Origin: a virus
Length of the DNA stretch: 44,214 bases
Strand: one strand, 5' to 3'
IMG/VR virus record: IMGVR_UViG_3300045988_038936
Coordinates: 1-44,214 of that record
In this document: positions 21,281-31,683 of the stretch, one piece after another
Numbering within the stretch: the first letter of the stretch is position 1
Layout: every line of letters begins with the position of its first letter
Made by a program: the position numbers and the translations under genes
Notes under the pieces: generated by a model
What the model was told of the DNA's origin: nothing
Database searches by the model: none
What the model saw: only the letters and a program-made list of their open reading frames with translations

Positions 21281-22963
21281 TCACATAAGCCGGAAGCTTC
21301 CCGACCGGGAACGGTTCAGGGCCTCCTGGAGCGCCGCCCAGGTCGCCTCACCGGGCTCCCCGTCCACGTAGTCACCGAAGGACCAACCGTCAGCGAACCG
21401 GTTCCACATGTCCGGCGCGACTGGCTTCACCCAGCACCACGCCCAGTACTGGAAGACCCTCACGCAATGGGAGTCCCAGCCACGGTCCTCGGCCAGCTTC
21501 CCTGATCCAGTGAGCATCTTCTGGGAGTGCTCAGGCACGGTCTTGTTCAGGTAGCGGCGGAGGTTGGCGACGGCATACAGCTCGTTGTAGCCAGGGGCGA
21601 AGACCTCGATTAGGCGCTGCACCGTGGCGGGCCCGTACTCGCCATCCACCTCGAGAGCCCCAGCCGTAGCGACGGGGGTTGGGGCGCCGGAGATGACCTG
21701 GCCACCGCCGATCATGCGATCCCAGGTGGCCCGGTCGCGAAGCCGGTTCAGGTCGAGGTTTCCGTTGTAGCCGGGCAGGCGGCCGTCCTCCGTGTACTGG
21801 TGAATCAGCGGGGAACCCCAGTACGAGACCGACGGGACGGCCGGGTCGCTGTAGGAGGCGCCGTAGTCCGAGTAGTCGGGGCCGCCCGCGTACCAGAGGG
21901 GGTACTCGCGGGCCACGGCCGACCAGTCGTAGCCGTTCACGGCACTGCCGTTCATGTAGATGCCGGGCGTGGAGCCGGTCATCCCCTTCACGGCATCGAG
22001 GAAGGTCTTCGCCCAGCCAGGCCCCTGCTCGACCGCGTTCGCCTCCCAGTCGAGCCAGAGAGTGGCCTTACCAAGGTAACCGCGCACAGCATCCACGAAG
22101 TAGCGAGCCTGTTCCTGAGCATCCCCAGGGCGGGCGAAGTGGTAGAAGCCGAGCCGCTTCGAGGCCCCGAGGGTGGAGTTGGCCTGCGAACCCATGTACG
22201 GGTTCACATAGTCATTGTCTTCAGTCGCTTTCACGATCACGAAGTCAGCCCACAGGGCGGCCACGTTCAGACCAGACTGGTGGCTGGAGATGTCGATACC
22301 GTGCGCGTGCGCCGGGCCAGCAGGGGCGGCCGTAGACGCTGGTGCAGGCTTCGCCTGGGCGGCCTGCCCCTTACGGAACTCAGGCCACTGGCTGAGGAAC
22401 TTCCCCTCATCGAAACGATGGCAGCTAGTCCACGCCCCAGACTGGGTGTGCGGATGGCTGGAGTAGCGGACGGTACGCGTCTCCCCCCCGGTCTGGTCAC
22501 CGAGGTAGCCGTCGATGCTCCCATCCTCAGCGATCCAAGCCTCAGAAACGAGAGGGTCGCCACCATCCTCAACGGCGATGACCACATGCCCCCTGCCACC
22601 CTCGTTCGCAGCGGAGAGGATCACGTCACCGACACGGAACCCGCCAGCGGGGGTGAGGTCCGAGTCGTTCCACGGGACCTCGTTGAAGCCTCGAGCCTCC
22701 AGGCCAGGGCGCATATTGCCCGTCCAGTGGTCATTAATCTCGGGGAGGGCGGCGTGGCCCCAGGCGGCACCGTAGGTGTCGTGGATGCCATAGCAGATCG
22801 CCCCGCACACGAGACTGGAGCAGTCAGCGTTCTGCGGCGAGGACACATGCCCCTCCCAGTTAGCGTTGGCGTACCAGGTGCGACGATCGGGCTGCGAGTA
22901 CCCGACGTTCTCCTGATCGCAGATTCGGCGGGCGATACGCGCCGCCACAGACTGAACCGTCAC
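21281..22963 (-). CDS. Endolysin: NlpC/P60-like peptidase + GH25 muramidase + PG-binding repeats
   Basis: DCSSLV...GHVVIAV; HGIDISSHQ...FYHFARP...LWLDWE...IHQYT; DGEYGPATVQRL and DGEPGEATWAAL. Confidence 0.85.
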   Translation of the reverse strand: MTVQSVAARIARRICDQENVGYSQPDRRTWYANANWEGHVSSPQNADCSSLVCGAICYGIHDTYGAAWGHAALPEINDHWTGNMRPGLEARGFNEVPWNDSDLTPAGGFRVGDVILSAANEGGRGHVVIAVEDGGDPLVSEAWIAEDGSIDGYLGDQTGGETRTVRYSSHPHTQSGAWTSCHRFDEGKFLSQWPEFRKGQAAQAKPAPASTAAPAGPAHAHGIDISSHQSGLNVAALWADFVIVKATEDNDYVNPYMGSQANSTLGASKRLGFYHFARPGDAQEQARYFVDAVRGYLGKATLWLDWEANAVEQGPGWAKTFLDAVKGMTGSTPGIYMNGSAVNGYDWSAVAREYPLWYAGGPDYSDYGASYSDPAVPSVSYWGSPLIHQYTEDGRLPGYNGNLDLNRLRDRATWDRMIGGGQVISGAPTPVATAGALEVDGEYGPATVQRLIEVFAPGYNELYAVANLRRYLNKTVPEHSQKMLTGSGKLAEDRGWDSHCVRVFQYWAWCWVKPVAPDMWNRFADGWSFGDYVDGEPGEATWAALQEALNRSRSGSFRLM

Positions 22964-23100
22964 TTACTCTCCTTCATCTTGTTCTCGAGGTCAATCACCC
23001 TCGCTTCGGCGATCACCGCGCGCTTCGTGAGCGCAGCGACCTCCAGTGTCAATGCGTCAATCACAGCGAGCGCGTCTACCTGACTACTCTGCGGTTCCAT
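22960..23100 (-). CDS. Candidate 46-aa coiled-coil protein (not in the supplied ORF track)
   Basis: ATG 23100 after GGAGAG; GTGA overlap with the lysin start; MEPQSSQVDALAVIDALTLEVAALTKRAVIAEARVIDLENKMKESK. Confidence 0.4.
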   Translation of the reverse strand: MEPQSSQVDALAVIDALTLEVAALTKRAVIAEARVIDLENKMKESK

Positions 23101-24964
23101 CGGCGTCTCTCCAATCTGCTGGTTTAGGGGCAGGACCATAGTACGTGCCCGGCAGAGTCATGTCATCCTCTGAGGCCGGATCATCCCCGCCGGGGGCCCC
23201 ACCTCCGTTGAGGTCTGGTGGCAGACTCCATCTGGACATCCTGGAGTGGTCCTGGAGTACCGGCTCGCCGGCTGTGTCCACGTCTCCAAAGTCGACCATG
23301 CGGGCACCCTTGACCAGGACGTCCACGGCTGCGCCAGGATCGCCGGAGACGCGGACCACCCACTCGTCGGGATTGGACCTGTCCAGCGCCGCGGAGGCGG
23401 TGCCCGAGGCGAAGACGACCCAGGGAGCCTTGGGCGAGGCGATCCGAGGCACATAGTCCGGGAGCGCCCACGAGGCGTGACCGCCCTCGTCGAGCGTGAG
23501 GTTCTCCCAGTACTCGATGCCGTCGTAGGGGGACTCGGTACAGGAGTGAGACAGCCACATGCCCCTCTCCTTGGTCAGCCTCGGGACCGGCATGATGAAC
23601 TTCTTGTTGCCGGTCATCTGGATGCCGGAGTTATCCAGGTAGATGTGGGGGTTGAGTCTCCAAGCGACCTCCAATCCATTGGAGGTCGCCCACATTCCGG
23701 TGTTCTTGTTCCCCAGCGTGGCGAAGCTGAGGAAGTCCCGTCCCAAGCCTAAGTAGGCGAAGTTGTTGTCGTTGGTTTTCCGGTAGGAGATACCGGAATC
23801 GTTGAAGGTAAATGACGAGGAGTTGATTTTGGATGAGAAGCCGTACTTGCTGATAGCCAGCGACCCCCAGTTGCCATTAGGTCCGACAGTGATCGACACC
23901 TGCTGAGTACCCAGAATGAGGGACGGCCTGGATTCGGCACCCTTCCTGGCGGCCGACTGAAGAGTGATCGATGGCTCATTAGTATTGGCGTCCTTCTGGA
24001 TGAAGAGTGCGCCATCTTCCCAGTCATCCTCCAGGGAGTTGAACGCCAGACCACACCCGATCTTCGCCCCCGATCTGGCGGTGTCGGTGCCGGTCTGCGC
24101 CCACACGATGTCATTGAACCAGACCTTCGACCACGAGTCTTGGCGTCCGATACTGCCGCTGATGGCGATTTCACCCGTGCTGGCGTTAATGTCGAGCGAC
24201 TTCCATCCAGCGGCGGAGTAGACGCGCATGCCGTTATTGTCGATCTTCAGGCCGCGATTGTTCTGGCGATCGGTCTGAATGGATGCGCCCGTGATGACCT
24301 GGCCGTCAATGGCCCCTGCACGCAGATTGTCCGCAGTCACCGAGTTGGCGTCAAGCATCCCCGCCTTGATCTTCTCGAACTCGCCACTGCGGGCGTTAAT
24401 GATGCGAGTCCACACATGCTTCGCCGTGAGGTCGACGAACGACGCGTTACCCGTGACGGTCAGCTGGTCTGTGGTGAGCTGGAGGAACTTGCCGATATCA
24501 CCAGCGATCCGCCTAGCGGCGAGGTCGTTGATGGCCGCGGAGCCAGCAGTCAGTCGCCCCACATCCAGGTTACTGATCTGCTCGCCGGAGACGCGGGCGC
24601 GCTCCCAGTCGATGCCGTTCCACTTCCACTCCGCAACGATGTCTAGCGTGGAGGGGTCCTGTATGCGGGCCGTGTCGCCGTAGGTCTCCCCGGGGAAGTC
24701 GGGCTTATCTGTGGAGTTGCCCTTCTGGTAGAAGACCTTCCCGAAGGCGGTGCGCATCCTGCGGATAGACGCCTCGATCGTGGACTGCGCCAACGACGCG
24801 GCAGCCTTCTGGAAGGGGTTGTCGGACTCAACCCACTCCCAGCCCTTGTGGGAGTGGACGGTCGTGTTCCCGTCGGCGGAGCGGTCATAAGCCGGGAACG
24901 TGGTCTCTGCGGGGAATGTGGCCGGACCGGGCCACTGGATGTACTCGTCCTTAATCTCGGCCAC
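23084..24964 (-). CDS. Minor tail protein
   Basis: Position and size; NLDVGRLTAGSAAINDLAARRIAGDIGKF type segment common in actinophage minor tail proteins. Confidence 0.65.
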   Translation of the reverse strand: MAEIKDEYIQWPGPATFPAETTFPAYDRSADGNTTVHSHKGWEWVESDNPFQKAAASLAQSTIEASIRRMRTAFGKVFYQKGNSTDKPDFPGETYGDTARIQDPSTLDIVAEWKWNGIDWERARVSGEQISNLDVGRLTAGSAAINDLAARRIAGDIGKFLQLTTDQLTVTGNASFVDLTAKHVWTRIINARSGEFEKIKAGMLDANSVTADNLRAGAIDGQVITGASIQTDRQNNRGLKIDNNGMRVYSAAGWKSLDINASTGEIAISGSIGRQDSWSKVWFNDIVWAQTGTDTARSGAKIGCGLAFNSLEDDWEDGALFIQKDANTNEPSITLQSAARKGAESRPSLILGTQQVSITVGPNGNWGSLAISKYGFSSKINSSSFTFNDSGISYRKTNDNNFAYLGLGRDFLSFATLGNKNTGMWATSNGLEVAWRLNPHIYLDNSGIQMTGNKKFIMPVPRLTKERGMWLSHSCTESPYDGIEYWENLTLDEGGHASWALPDYVPRIASPKAPWVVFASGTASAALDRSNPDEWVVRVSGDPGAAVDVLVKGARMVDFGDVDTAGEPVLQDHSRMSRWSLPPDLNGGGAPGGDDPASEDDMTLPGTYYGPAPKPADWRDADGTAE

Positions 24965-24972
24965 AGTTCACC

Positions 24973-25668
24973 TCACTTCGCGCGGATAATCATGGAGGCG
25001 ACCGACCCGCGGGGGCGGATGGGGAAAGGCCGGCCACCCCCCACGTTCTTCGCATAGGGGCGACGATCAGCCACTGTTGAGCCTGTGGACATGGCGTAGG
25101 TGTAGCCATTGCCGGAGGCGTCATTCCACCCAATGTCGGTATTCGCTTTACCGGCCCGCCAGTTCGAGTTCTGGTTGTTGGAGTCAACGAGTTCGTGGCC
25201 GTGCGACGGCATCTCGTCCACGGTGAGCGTGTGGTGTGTCTCGCCGACGGTCGAGCCAGTGACAAGCGCGTCAGTACTCCCCTGACCATAGATGACCTTG
25301 CCCTTGAGGTCCGGGACATTGAACGTGGTTGACCCATTACCGCTACCGGCGACGGTCCCAATCGTGTCGAACAATGCCTTGTACTCGGTGCGGCTCACTT
25401 CCTGCCCGTAGCACAGTAGCCAGTTCTTCGGCGGCCGGGACCCATAGAAGGGGAGCACTGCTCCGATGGGGACAATCGCATCCACGATAGACAGGTAGGA
25501 GTTGTTGACGCTCTGGAGTGCCCCGCGAGCCACGCCCGCGGATTCAGACGCCCTCTCCGCCTCCAACTGCGCAGAGGTGATACCATCCTCCATCTTCGTG
25601 AGCTTCTCCGCCGTAATGGGCGTGCGCCCATCCGGGCCATCCTTCCAAACGTTCGCCCAATATGGCAT
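24973..25668 (-). CDS. Tail-collar-domain fibre protein
   Basis: PIGAVLPFYGSRPPKNWLLCYGQEVSRTEYKALFDTIG...GNGSTTFNVPDLKGK matches the phage tail collar signature. Confidence 0.75.
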   Translation of the reverse strand: MPYWANVWKDGPDGRTPITAEKLTKMEDGITSAQLEAERASESAGVARGALQSVNNSYLSIVDAIVPIGAVLPFYGSRPPKNWLLCYGQEVSRTEYKALFDTIGTVAGSGNGSTTFNVPDLKGKVIYGQGSTDALVTGSTVGETHHTLTVDEMPSHGHELVDSNNQNSNWRAGKANTDIGWNDASGNGYTYAMSTGSTVADRRPYAKNVGGGRPFPIRPRGSVASMIIRAK

Positions 25669-25669
25669 A

Positions 25670-27745
25670 TCAGTCTCCCTTCTTCCTCAACGTGAACACT
25701 CGAGCATCCGGGGACACCCACTGCGACTTGTCGACCACGCCCTTGTCTGGCGGGTACGGACCTGTCTCAACCAAGGATACCGCAACCTGCGTCATAGCCT
25801 CCGACAGCTTCTGAGTCTCCTTCAACGCTTCCGCGCGAGCGGCTCGCTGGAGAACATCACTGGCCGCGATCTTCTCCTCAACGGAGCGGACGATCGCGTT
25901 CGTGTCAATGGACTGCTCGAGAGTGATGGTCGCCTTGGGTCCCCACTCGGACTTGTTGCCTGCCCGGTCGTAGGCGCGCAGGCACACCTCGTAGTCCCTG
26001 ATCTCCAGGCCCGCAATGGAGGTGCGCTGCATGGGGGTAATCATGTCCGCGAACTTCGCCGGTGGGCGCCCAGGGTGCTGCACTGACACCTCAACGCCAG
26101 CGAAGTCGGCCGGCATGTTCTGCCCGTTCTGGCCCCTGTAGTCCCACCACACCTGGAGCACGCCGAGAGACTGCGACAGGACCGGGAGAGAAGGGACTGG
26201 CGGCGGCTCCCTGTCGGACTCGGTAGTCAAGATCAACGGCTGCGACCAAGCGCCAGTGGCGTTAGCGCTCTGAGCCCGCACAGAGAACCGGTACTCCGTC
26301 CCCGGGAGCAGGGGGCCCACGGTGGCCTTCGTCGTGTCGGCTCCGCGTACAACCATGGAACCCGCGACACTTGTCCCGAACATAGACAGTTGCCATGCGA
26401 TCTCATAGGAGACCACATCGACAGCATTGCCGAGGGTGTCGGTCTCAACGCGCCCCCACTGGAGGTCAACGAGGGCGCGCACCCACCCCTCCGAGTTGGT
26501 GACGGCGCGACTAGAGCCGACCAACCCCTGCGGAGGGAGCGGCCAATACTTGGACGCCGGAGTCGAGGGGCGCACACCGCTACCCGACGTGGAGGCGAGA
26601 CCCACGATGCCCTTCGTGCGCTTCGTCAGGCGCCCCAGGAGGCTATCCAGGACCGTCCCGAAGGTGGTGTGGCCGACGACCATGCCGTCCTTCTGGGTGA
26701 CGCTGATCTGGGCGACCTGGAGGCGCTCCATGCCCTCGGCGCGCTCCACCATGATCCAGTCGCCGAGCCGGTAGTCCACCCACGGGAGGAGGTGCACGTC
26801 GGTGGCGGCCCACTCGCGCTTGATCTCCTCGCTGACGTGCGCGCCGGACTTGAGGGTGGCCTCGGCGACCAGGCGGGCCGTGGCCTCCAGCTCCACGCCA
26901 CCAGCCTCGACGACCTTCTCAACACGGCGCATGCCACGGGGGGCCAGGTCGTTGTGGATGAGCCAGGTCCTCCCGGCCTCGCCCTTCACAAGGACGTCGG
27001 TGCACATGTCCGCCCAGGTAGCTACCTCTGGCGCACCAGTGAGGGTGGTTGCGAGGGGCCAGCGCTTCGAGGCGGTGAGGTCCCTTGCCTGTGTAGTGTC
27101 TGCGTTGTAGAGCTTCAGGGTGCGGCCCTGCCACACCGTGTCAATCATGCCGAGGTCACGGAGGGAGTCGACGATCTGGAGGAGACTGATCGTGGGGTCG
27201 AAGTAGAGGGTGACGATCTTCGCCCAGTCCTGGTTGGCGGAGTCCTTCACAGTATTGGCGTCCAGGGTGAGGCCAGCACCCCAGCCGCGCTTGACGGCAT
27301 TCTGCCAGACTGTGCCGATGATTACCCCCGCGTTGCGGGACAGGAACTTGAACTTGCCGTCCTTGTCCTTCGACTCGACAGGGACGGACCAGACGAGCGC
27401 CTCCTTCAGGTAGTCGCTGACGTGAATGGCCTGCACCTTGCGGGAGTCAGTGCCGTCGGAGACGAGGTTGTGCTCAGTCTTCTGGGTGATGAACCGGGCG
27501 TCGGGGAGCTCTTCCCAGTCCGCGCCGTTGAAGGTGGCCTCCACAGCCACCTCAACCTCACGTTCGAGGACGCTACCCCGGATGGCGTTAGGGCCTGGGG
27601 CATAGGACATGGACAGGGTGGGGGTCTTACCCCTGGGGGTGGTGACCGTCATCTCCAGAATGTCGGGGACGACACCGATCTTCGCGCCCTGCACCTCGTA
27701 GGCGACGGCGCGCAGCTGCATGCCGGGGAAGTAGTCACGGCGCAT
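25670..27745 (-). CDS. Minor tail protein (Tal-like) with fibronectin-III-like repeats
   Basis: Follows Dit; LLPGTEYRFSVRAQSANATGAWSQP FN3-type segment. Confidence 0.7.
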   Translation of the reverse strand: MRRDYFPGMQLRAVAYEVQGAKIGVVPDILEMTVTTPRGKTPTLSMSYAPGPNAIRGSVLEREVEVAVEATFNGADWEELPDARFITQKTEHNLVSDGTDSRKVQAIHVSDYLKEALVWSVPVESKDKDGKFKFLSRNAGVIIGTVWQNAVKRGWGAGLTLDANTVKDSANQDWAKIVTLYFDPTISLLQIVDSLRDLGMIDTVWQGRTLKLYNADTTQARDLTASKRWPLATTLTGAPEVATWADMCTDVLVKGEAGRTWLIHNDLAPRGMRRVEKVVEAGGVELEATARLVAEATLKSGAHVSEEIKREWAATDVHLLPWVDYRLGDWIMVERAEGMERLQVAQISVTQKDGMVVGHTTFGTVLDSLLGRLTKRTKGIVGLASTSGSGVRPSTPASKYWPLPPQGLVGSSRAVTNSEGWVRALVDLQWGRVETDTLGNAVDVVSYEIAWQLSMFGTSVAGSMVVRGADTTKATVGPLLPGTEYRFSVRAQSANATGAWSQPLILTTESDREPPPVPSLPVLSQSLGVLQVWWDYRGQNGQNMPADFAGVEVSVQHPGRPPAKFADMITPMQRTSIAGLEIRDYEVCLRAYDRAGNKSEWGPKATITLEQSIDTNAIVRSVEEKIAASDVLQRAARAEALKETQKLSEAMTQVAVSLVETGPYPPDKGVVDKSQWVSPDARVFTLRKKGD

Positions 27746-28527
27746 CAGTAGGCCCTCCTCGCCTGGATAGCCCCCGTGGCCCCGGTGACCTGGAGGACGA
27801 TCTTGCCCTCATGGTTGGGGGTGAGCTGGAGCCCCTCGGGAGACATGCTGATCTCAGCGGACGCATTAAACGCCCCCTGGAGCGGATACCAGCGCTCGGA
27901 CACCTGCCTCCAGGCGGAGTACTTGCCGACATCGACAAGTAGCCTCTGGTCGGACTCCATGGTGCCCCTCCAGGTGAGGCTGGTGCCGGAAGTTACGTCC
28001 TTGATGGTGACCGTGTTGGCGGTCGGCTTGAGCTTCAGGATGGCATCAGAGATCGGGGCCGCACCCCCGGCGAGCCGAGACAGGTCATCCAGCTGGGTCT
28101 CGATGGTCGTGGTGTCACGCCAGACACCCTCAACGGCCTCAAAGACGACCGTCGTGTCGATGACCCACTCCCCATACCGCCACGACGGCTGGGACACGCT
28201 CACGAGCCGCACAAGCGCCTCCCTGGGGCTAACGCCAGCCGGGTAGTGCTGCAGGGTGGCCAGCTTGTTTGAGGCCCGCAGGCGAGCCATGAGGGCCTGG
28301 AAGTTGCGGTCCAGGTCCGCCCGGTCCGCGCCCTCCACCATGAACGCCACGGTCACCTTGAATGTGCCGACCTTCAGGCCCGCCCCGTCAATGATGCCGC
28401 TGCGGAACGGGACGTCCGTGGACTCCAGGCGCGGAGAAGGGACCGCAGGGAGGAGGGTCCCCTCCATGACGCGCCACTTCCCCGGCTGGTCCAGGTCGAC
28501 GCCGTTCAGGCTGTACTCGCTACTCAT
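27745..28527 (-). CDS. Distal tail protein (Dit-like)
   Basis: Immediately downstream of the tape measure; size and beta-rich sequence. Confidence 0.65.
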   Translation of the reverse strand: MSSEYSLNGVDLDQPGKWRVMEGTLLPAVPSPRLESTDVPFRSGIIDGAGLKVGTFKVTVAFMVEGADRADLDRNFQALMARLRASNKLATLQHYPAGVSPREALVRLVSVSQPSWRYGEWVIDTTVVFEAVEGVWRDTTTIETQLDDLSRLAGGAAPISDAILKLKPTANTVTIKDVTSGTSLTWRGTMESDQRLLVDVGKYSAWRQVSERWYPLQGAFNASAEISMSPEGLQLTPNHEGKIVLQVTGATGAIQARRAY

Positions 28528-28536
28528 GCCACCATC

Positions 28537-31500
28537 CTAGATGCTCGATGCGAGACGGATGCCGTCGGCCACGTCGTCTCGGGTCTTCGAGTCGCGCTGC
28601 GCCTGTGGGTAGTTGTTCACGATCGTCACCGAGCCGCCCGGACGCCGCTCCTGGCCGGCCTGGAGGGTGGAGTTGGCGATCGCGTTAAGACGATCCTTGG
28701 AGGGCTTCGTCTTCTCGAACGAGGTAGACACGGACGCTGCAATATGCGGGGCCACGTCCTTCTGAAGGTCCTCCGTGAACCCCTGGAGGGACTTACGCAC
28801 AGCCCCATACTGGGACTCGAGTCCGTTGATGAAGCCCTGCATGACAAGCTGGCCCGCATCCTTCAGGATCACACGGTCAACCGGGGCGGGCCCCTTCCAC
28901 GAGGGCAGCATGTTAGTCAGGGACGACAGCTTGTTCTTCACCGAGGAGAACATGGAGTTGATCCCATTCAGGAAGCCCTGAATGACATTCCTGCCTGCAC
29001 TCCACAGCCAGGACCCGGCGCCGGCGAAGACGTTCCTGATGCTGTTGGGAATGTTGCGCACAGTGTTCAGCATGCTATTCGTCCACGACACCACTGTGCT
29101 CACGATCCCGCTCCACATGGAGGACGTGATGCTACTGACAGCCGACCAGCCGTTGCTGATGAGGCTGCGGACCCAGTTGATCCCACCGGAGACCGTGGAG
29201 GCGATCGAGTTCCACACGCCCTTGATGGTGTTCCACACGGAGTGCCAGGCCGTGGAGGACATCGACATGATCTGGTTGCCGAAGATGCCGAACTGACCCT
29301 TGATGAGGTTCCAGATACCCTCACCGATCGTCTTGATGCCGTTCCAGGCCCCAGACCAGTCACCCTTGATGACAGCAAGGACAGTCTGGAGGACACCCTT
29401 GATGATCTGGATGGCGCCCGTCACCGTAGCCATGATCCCATTCCATGACGCCATCACCAGGGGCATGAGCCACTGCATGACCTTCCCCACCAGCTGGATC
29501 GCCGGGATCAGGGCGGACGCCAACTGCTGAACCAAAGCAACGATCGGGGGCAGAATCTGCGGCAGGTACTCGGAGATGATCGGAGCCAACTGGGCGATGA
29601 TCTCAGAGATCACCGGCACCAGCGCCTGGATCACCGGGAGTAGGGCAGCACCCAGCTGCTCAATCACCGGGACGAGGATCGGAACCAACTGCTGGAAGAT
29701 CGGAGCCAACCCCTCCACCAGCTGAGCCACCAGGGGCGCGATAGCCTCAAGGAGAGTGCCCGCGACAGTGGCGATCGCCCCGAACGCCTCACCCAGGGCA
29801 GGCATGGCCGGAGCGAGAGCCTGCACAGCCACCAGGAGGCTGTTGAAGAAGTTCGCCAGCCCATCCTGGAACGCCGGATTCTCGAGAGCTGTAGCGAGCC
29901 CAGTGAGTGCCGTGCGGAGCGTCTCACCAATCAGGGGAAGCACCACGCCAAGGGTCGGCTCGAGGGATACGAACGCCTCACCGAGCTTACCGACCCCCTG
30001 GAACGCCGAGCTAGCGGCCCGCCCCATGGAGGAGAACAGGTTCGTGAGAGTCGCCTGGAACAGGGGGCCATTCACGGCCTTGTTCGCCTTATCCAGTGCG
30101 TCAGCAATGGAGTCAATGGGGGCAGACCCGTTCGCCATAGCCTTGAACAGGCCCCCGATGATCCCACCAAGGTCGACCGTGATGTCCTTCAGGGTCCCGA
30201 ACGCCTTGGCAGCGCGACGGATCGACGCCTCCATCTGCCCGGACGCGGCAGCCTTAGACGCCCACTGCTCGAACGACGCAGCCAGACTGTTCGCCCACTG
30301 GGCGATACTGGGGAGAAACTTCGCCCCCACCTCACCCATGGTGAGGATGCCGTTCGTGAACGAGGCCGCCCCCGTAGAGCCGATCGCCAGAGCCTGAGAC
30401 AGGTAGGTGAGAGACTGCTGGAAGCCAGCAATGTGCCCACCGGCCGCCCCGGCGATGGCGGCTGTCATGGACCCCAGGTTAGAGGCGATCGACTGGAGCG
30501 CGGGCGACAGTTCCTGGATGGCGACGTTAGCGAAGTCGCGGATCGGCTGCGCCGCCTGCTCCCAGTAGGCGCCGGAGATTTGAGTCTGGAGGTTCGTGAA
30601 CGATGGCCCCAGGTCCTCGAGGACAGTCTTCGTGTCCTTGAGTGCCGTAATCAGGACGCCCGCTCCGGCGGCGGCGGCACCGAAGATGCCCGGCAGTGCC
30701 AGCAGGGCGGGCGTGGACTTGGCGATCCCCACACTCAAGGAAGAGAACACGCCCAGGCCGGAGCCGATCACCGACACTGCGCTACCAATCAAGGTGGACA
30801 CGGTGCCGATCTTCACGGCCGCCGTATCCAGGTTCCGCAGGAAGTCGTTCAGGTTGCGGCCGATCGACTCGAACACGTTCCCGCCAGCAAGAGCCTTCAA
30901 CTGGGCCGCCACGCGGGCGAGAGACGTCTTAGCCAGGCGCACATGAATGTCCACCCACCGGGGGTGAGTCAGGCGCTTAAGGTCGAACCGAGCTTTCCCG
31001 TCATCCAGGTCGGCATTCACGGTGGCCTTGCCATCGAGCTTGCTGAGCTCGTGCTTGATCTTCTTCTTCTGCTCCTCGGAGAGCTTCGCGTGCACCTCCA
31101 CGTCAGCCTTGAGGGACTCAATACGCTTCCGCAGTTCTGCGGTGGCGACAGAGTCAAGCTTCACGCCGACAGATACGTCAGCCTTCAACTTGTTAAGGCG
31201 GGCCTGGAACTGGCGGAACGACCTCTCGTTCACTGTCAGGCCGGCCTTGACGTCACCTGCGGCACGCTCCACGTCCCTCTTCAACTTAGCGAGGTCACCT
31301 GGCCGCGTAGACAGGCTGACCGCCGCGCGGATATTGTCGAGCTTCTCCTGGAGCTTCTTCTTCTGCTCCTCGGATAGGTTCGCGTTAACCTTCACCTCGG
31401 ACTTGATCTGCTGAATCTTCTTCCGAAGAGCCTCCAGCTGACCCGACTTAAGGTCCACCTCAGCCTTGAAGCGGACGTCAGACTTCGCGGCCTCCTCGCG

Positions 31501-31671
31501 CGCCTTCTTGAGGGACTCCTTGTCGAGCTTCACCTCCGCATTGAAGGCGATATCAAGGTCCTTGACCTGCTTCTGGATTCGCTTCAAGTCACGGCGAAGC
31601 TTCTTAGCGAAGTCAGAAAGGTCAGGGACAACCTTGACAGAAAGCTTACCAACTGTCCCCTTACCAGCCAT
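28537..31671 (-). CDS. Tape measure protein
   Basis: 1044 aa; N-terminal coiled coils, Gly/Ala-rich TM-like core; follows the chaperone pair. Confidence 0.9.
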   Translation of the reverse strand: MAGKGTVGKLSVKVVPDLSDFAKKLRRDLKRIQKQVKDLDIAFNAEVKLDKESLKKAREEAAKSDVRFKAEVDLKSGQLEALRKKIQQIKSEVKVNANLSEEQKKKLQEKLDNIRAAVSLSTRPGDLAKLKRDVERAAGDVKAGLTVNERSFRQFQARLNKLKADVSVGVKLDSVATAELRKRIESLKADVEVHAKLSEEQKKKIKHELSKLDGKATVNADLDDGKARFDLKRLTHPRWVDIHVRLAKTSLARVAAQLKALAGGNVFESIGRNLNDFLRNLDTAAVKIGTVSTLIGSAVSVIGSGLGVFSSLSVGIAKSTPALLALPGIFGAAAAGAGVLITALKDTKTVLEDLGPSFTNLQTQISGAYWEQAAQPIRDFANVAIQELSPALQSIASNLGSMTAAIAGAAGGHIAGFQQSLTYLSQALAIGSTGAASFTNGILTMGEVGAKFLPSIAQWANSLAASFEQWASKAAASGQMEASIRRAAKAFGTLKDITVDLGGIIGGLFKAMANGSAPIDSIADALDKANKAVNGPLFQATLTNLFSSMGRAASSAFQGVGKLGEAFVSLEPTLGVVLPLIGETLRTALTGLATALENPAFQDGLANFFNSLLVAVQALAPAMPALGEAFGAIATVAGTLLEAIAPLVAQLVEGLAPIFQQLVPILVPVIEQLGAALLPVIQALVPVISEIIAQLAPIISEYLPQILPPIVALVQQLASALIPAIQLVGKVMQWLMPLVMASWNGIMATVTGAIQIIKGVLQTVLAVIKGDWSGAWNGIKTIGEGIWNLIKGQFGIFGNQIMSMSSTAWHSVWNTIKGVWNSIASTVSGGINWVRSLISNGWSAVSSITSSMWSGIVSTVVSWTNSMLNTVRNIPNSIRNVFAGAGSWLWSAGRNVIQGFLNGINSMFSSVKNKLSSLTNMLPSWKGPAPVDRVILKDAGQLVMQGFINGLESQYGAVRKSLQGFTEDLQKDVAPHIAASVSTSFEKTKPSKDRLNAIANSTLQAGQERRPGGSVTIVNNYPQAQRDSKTRDDVADGIRLASSI

Positions 31672-31683
31672 CCCTAACCTTCC

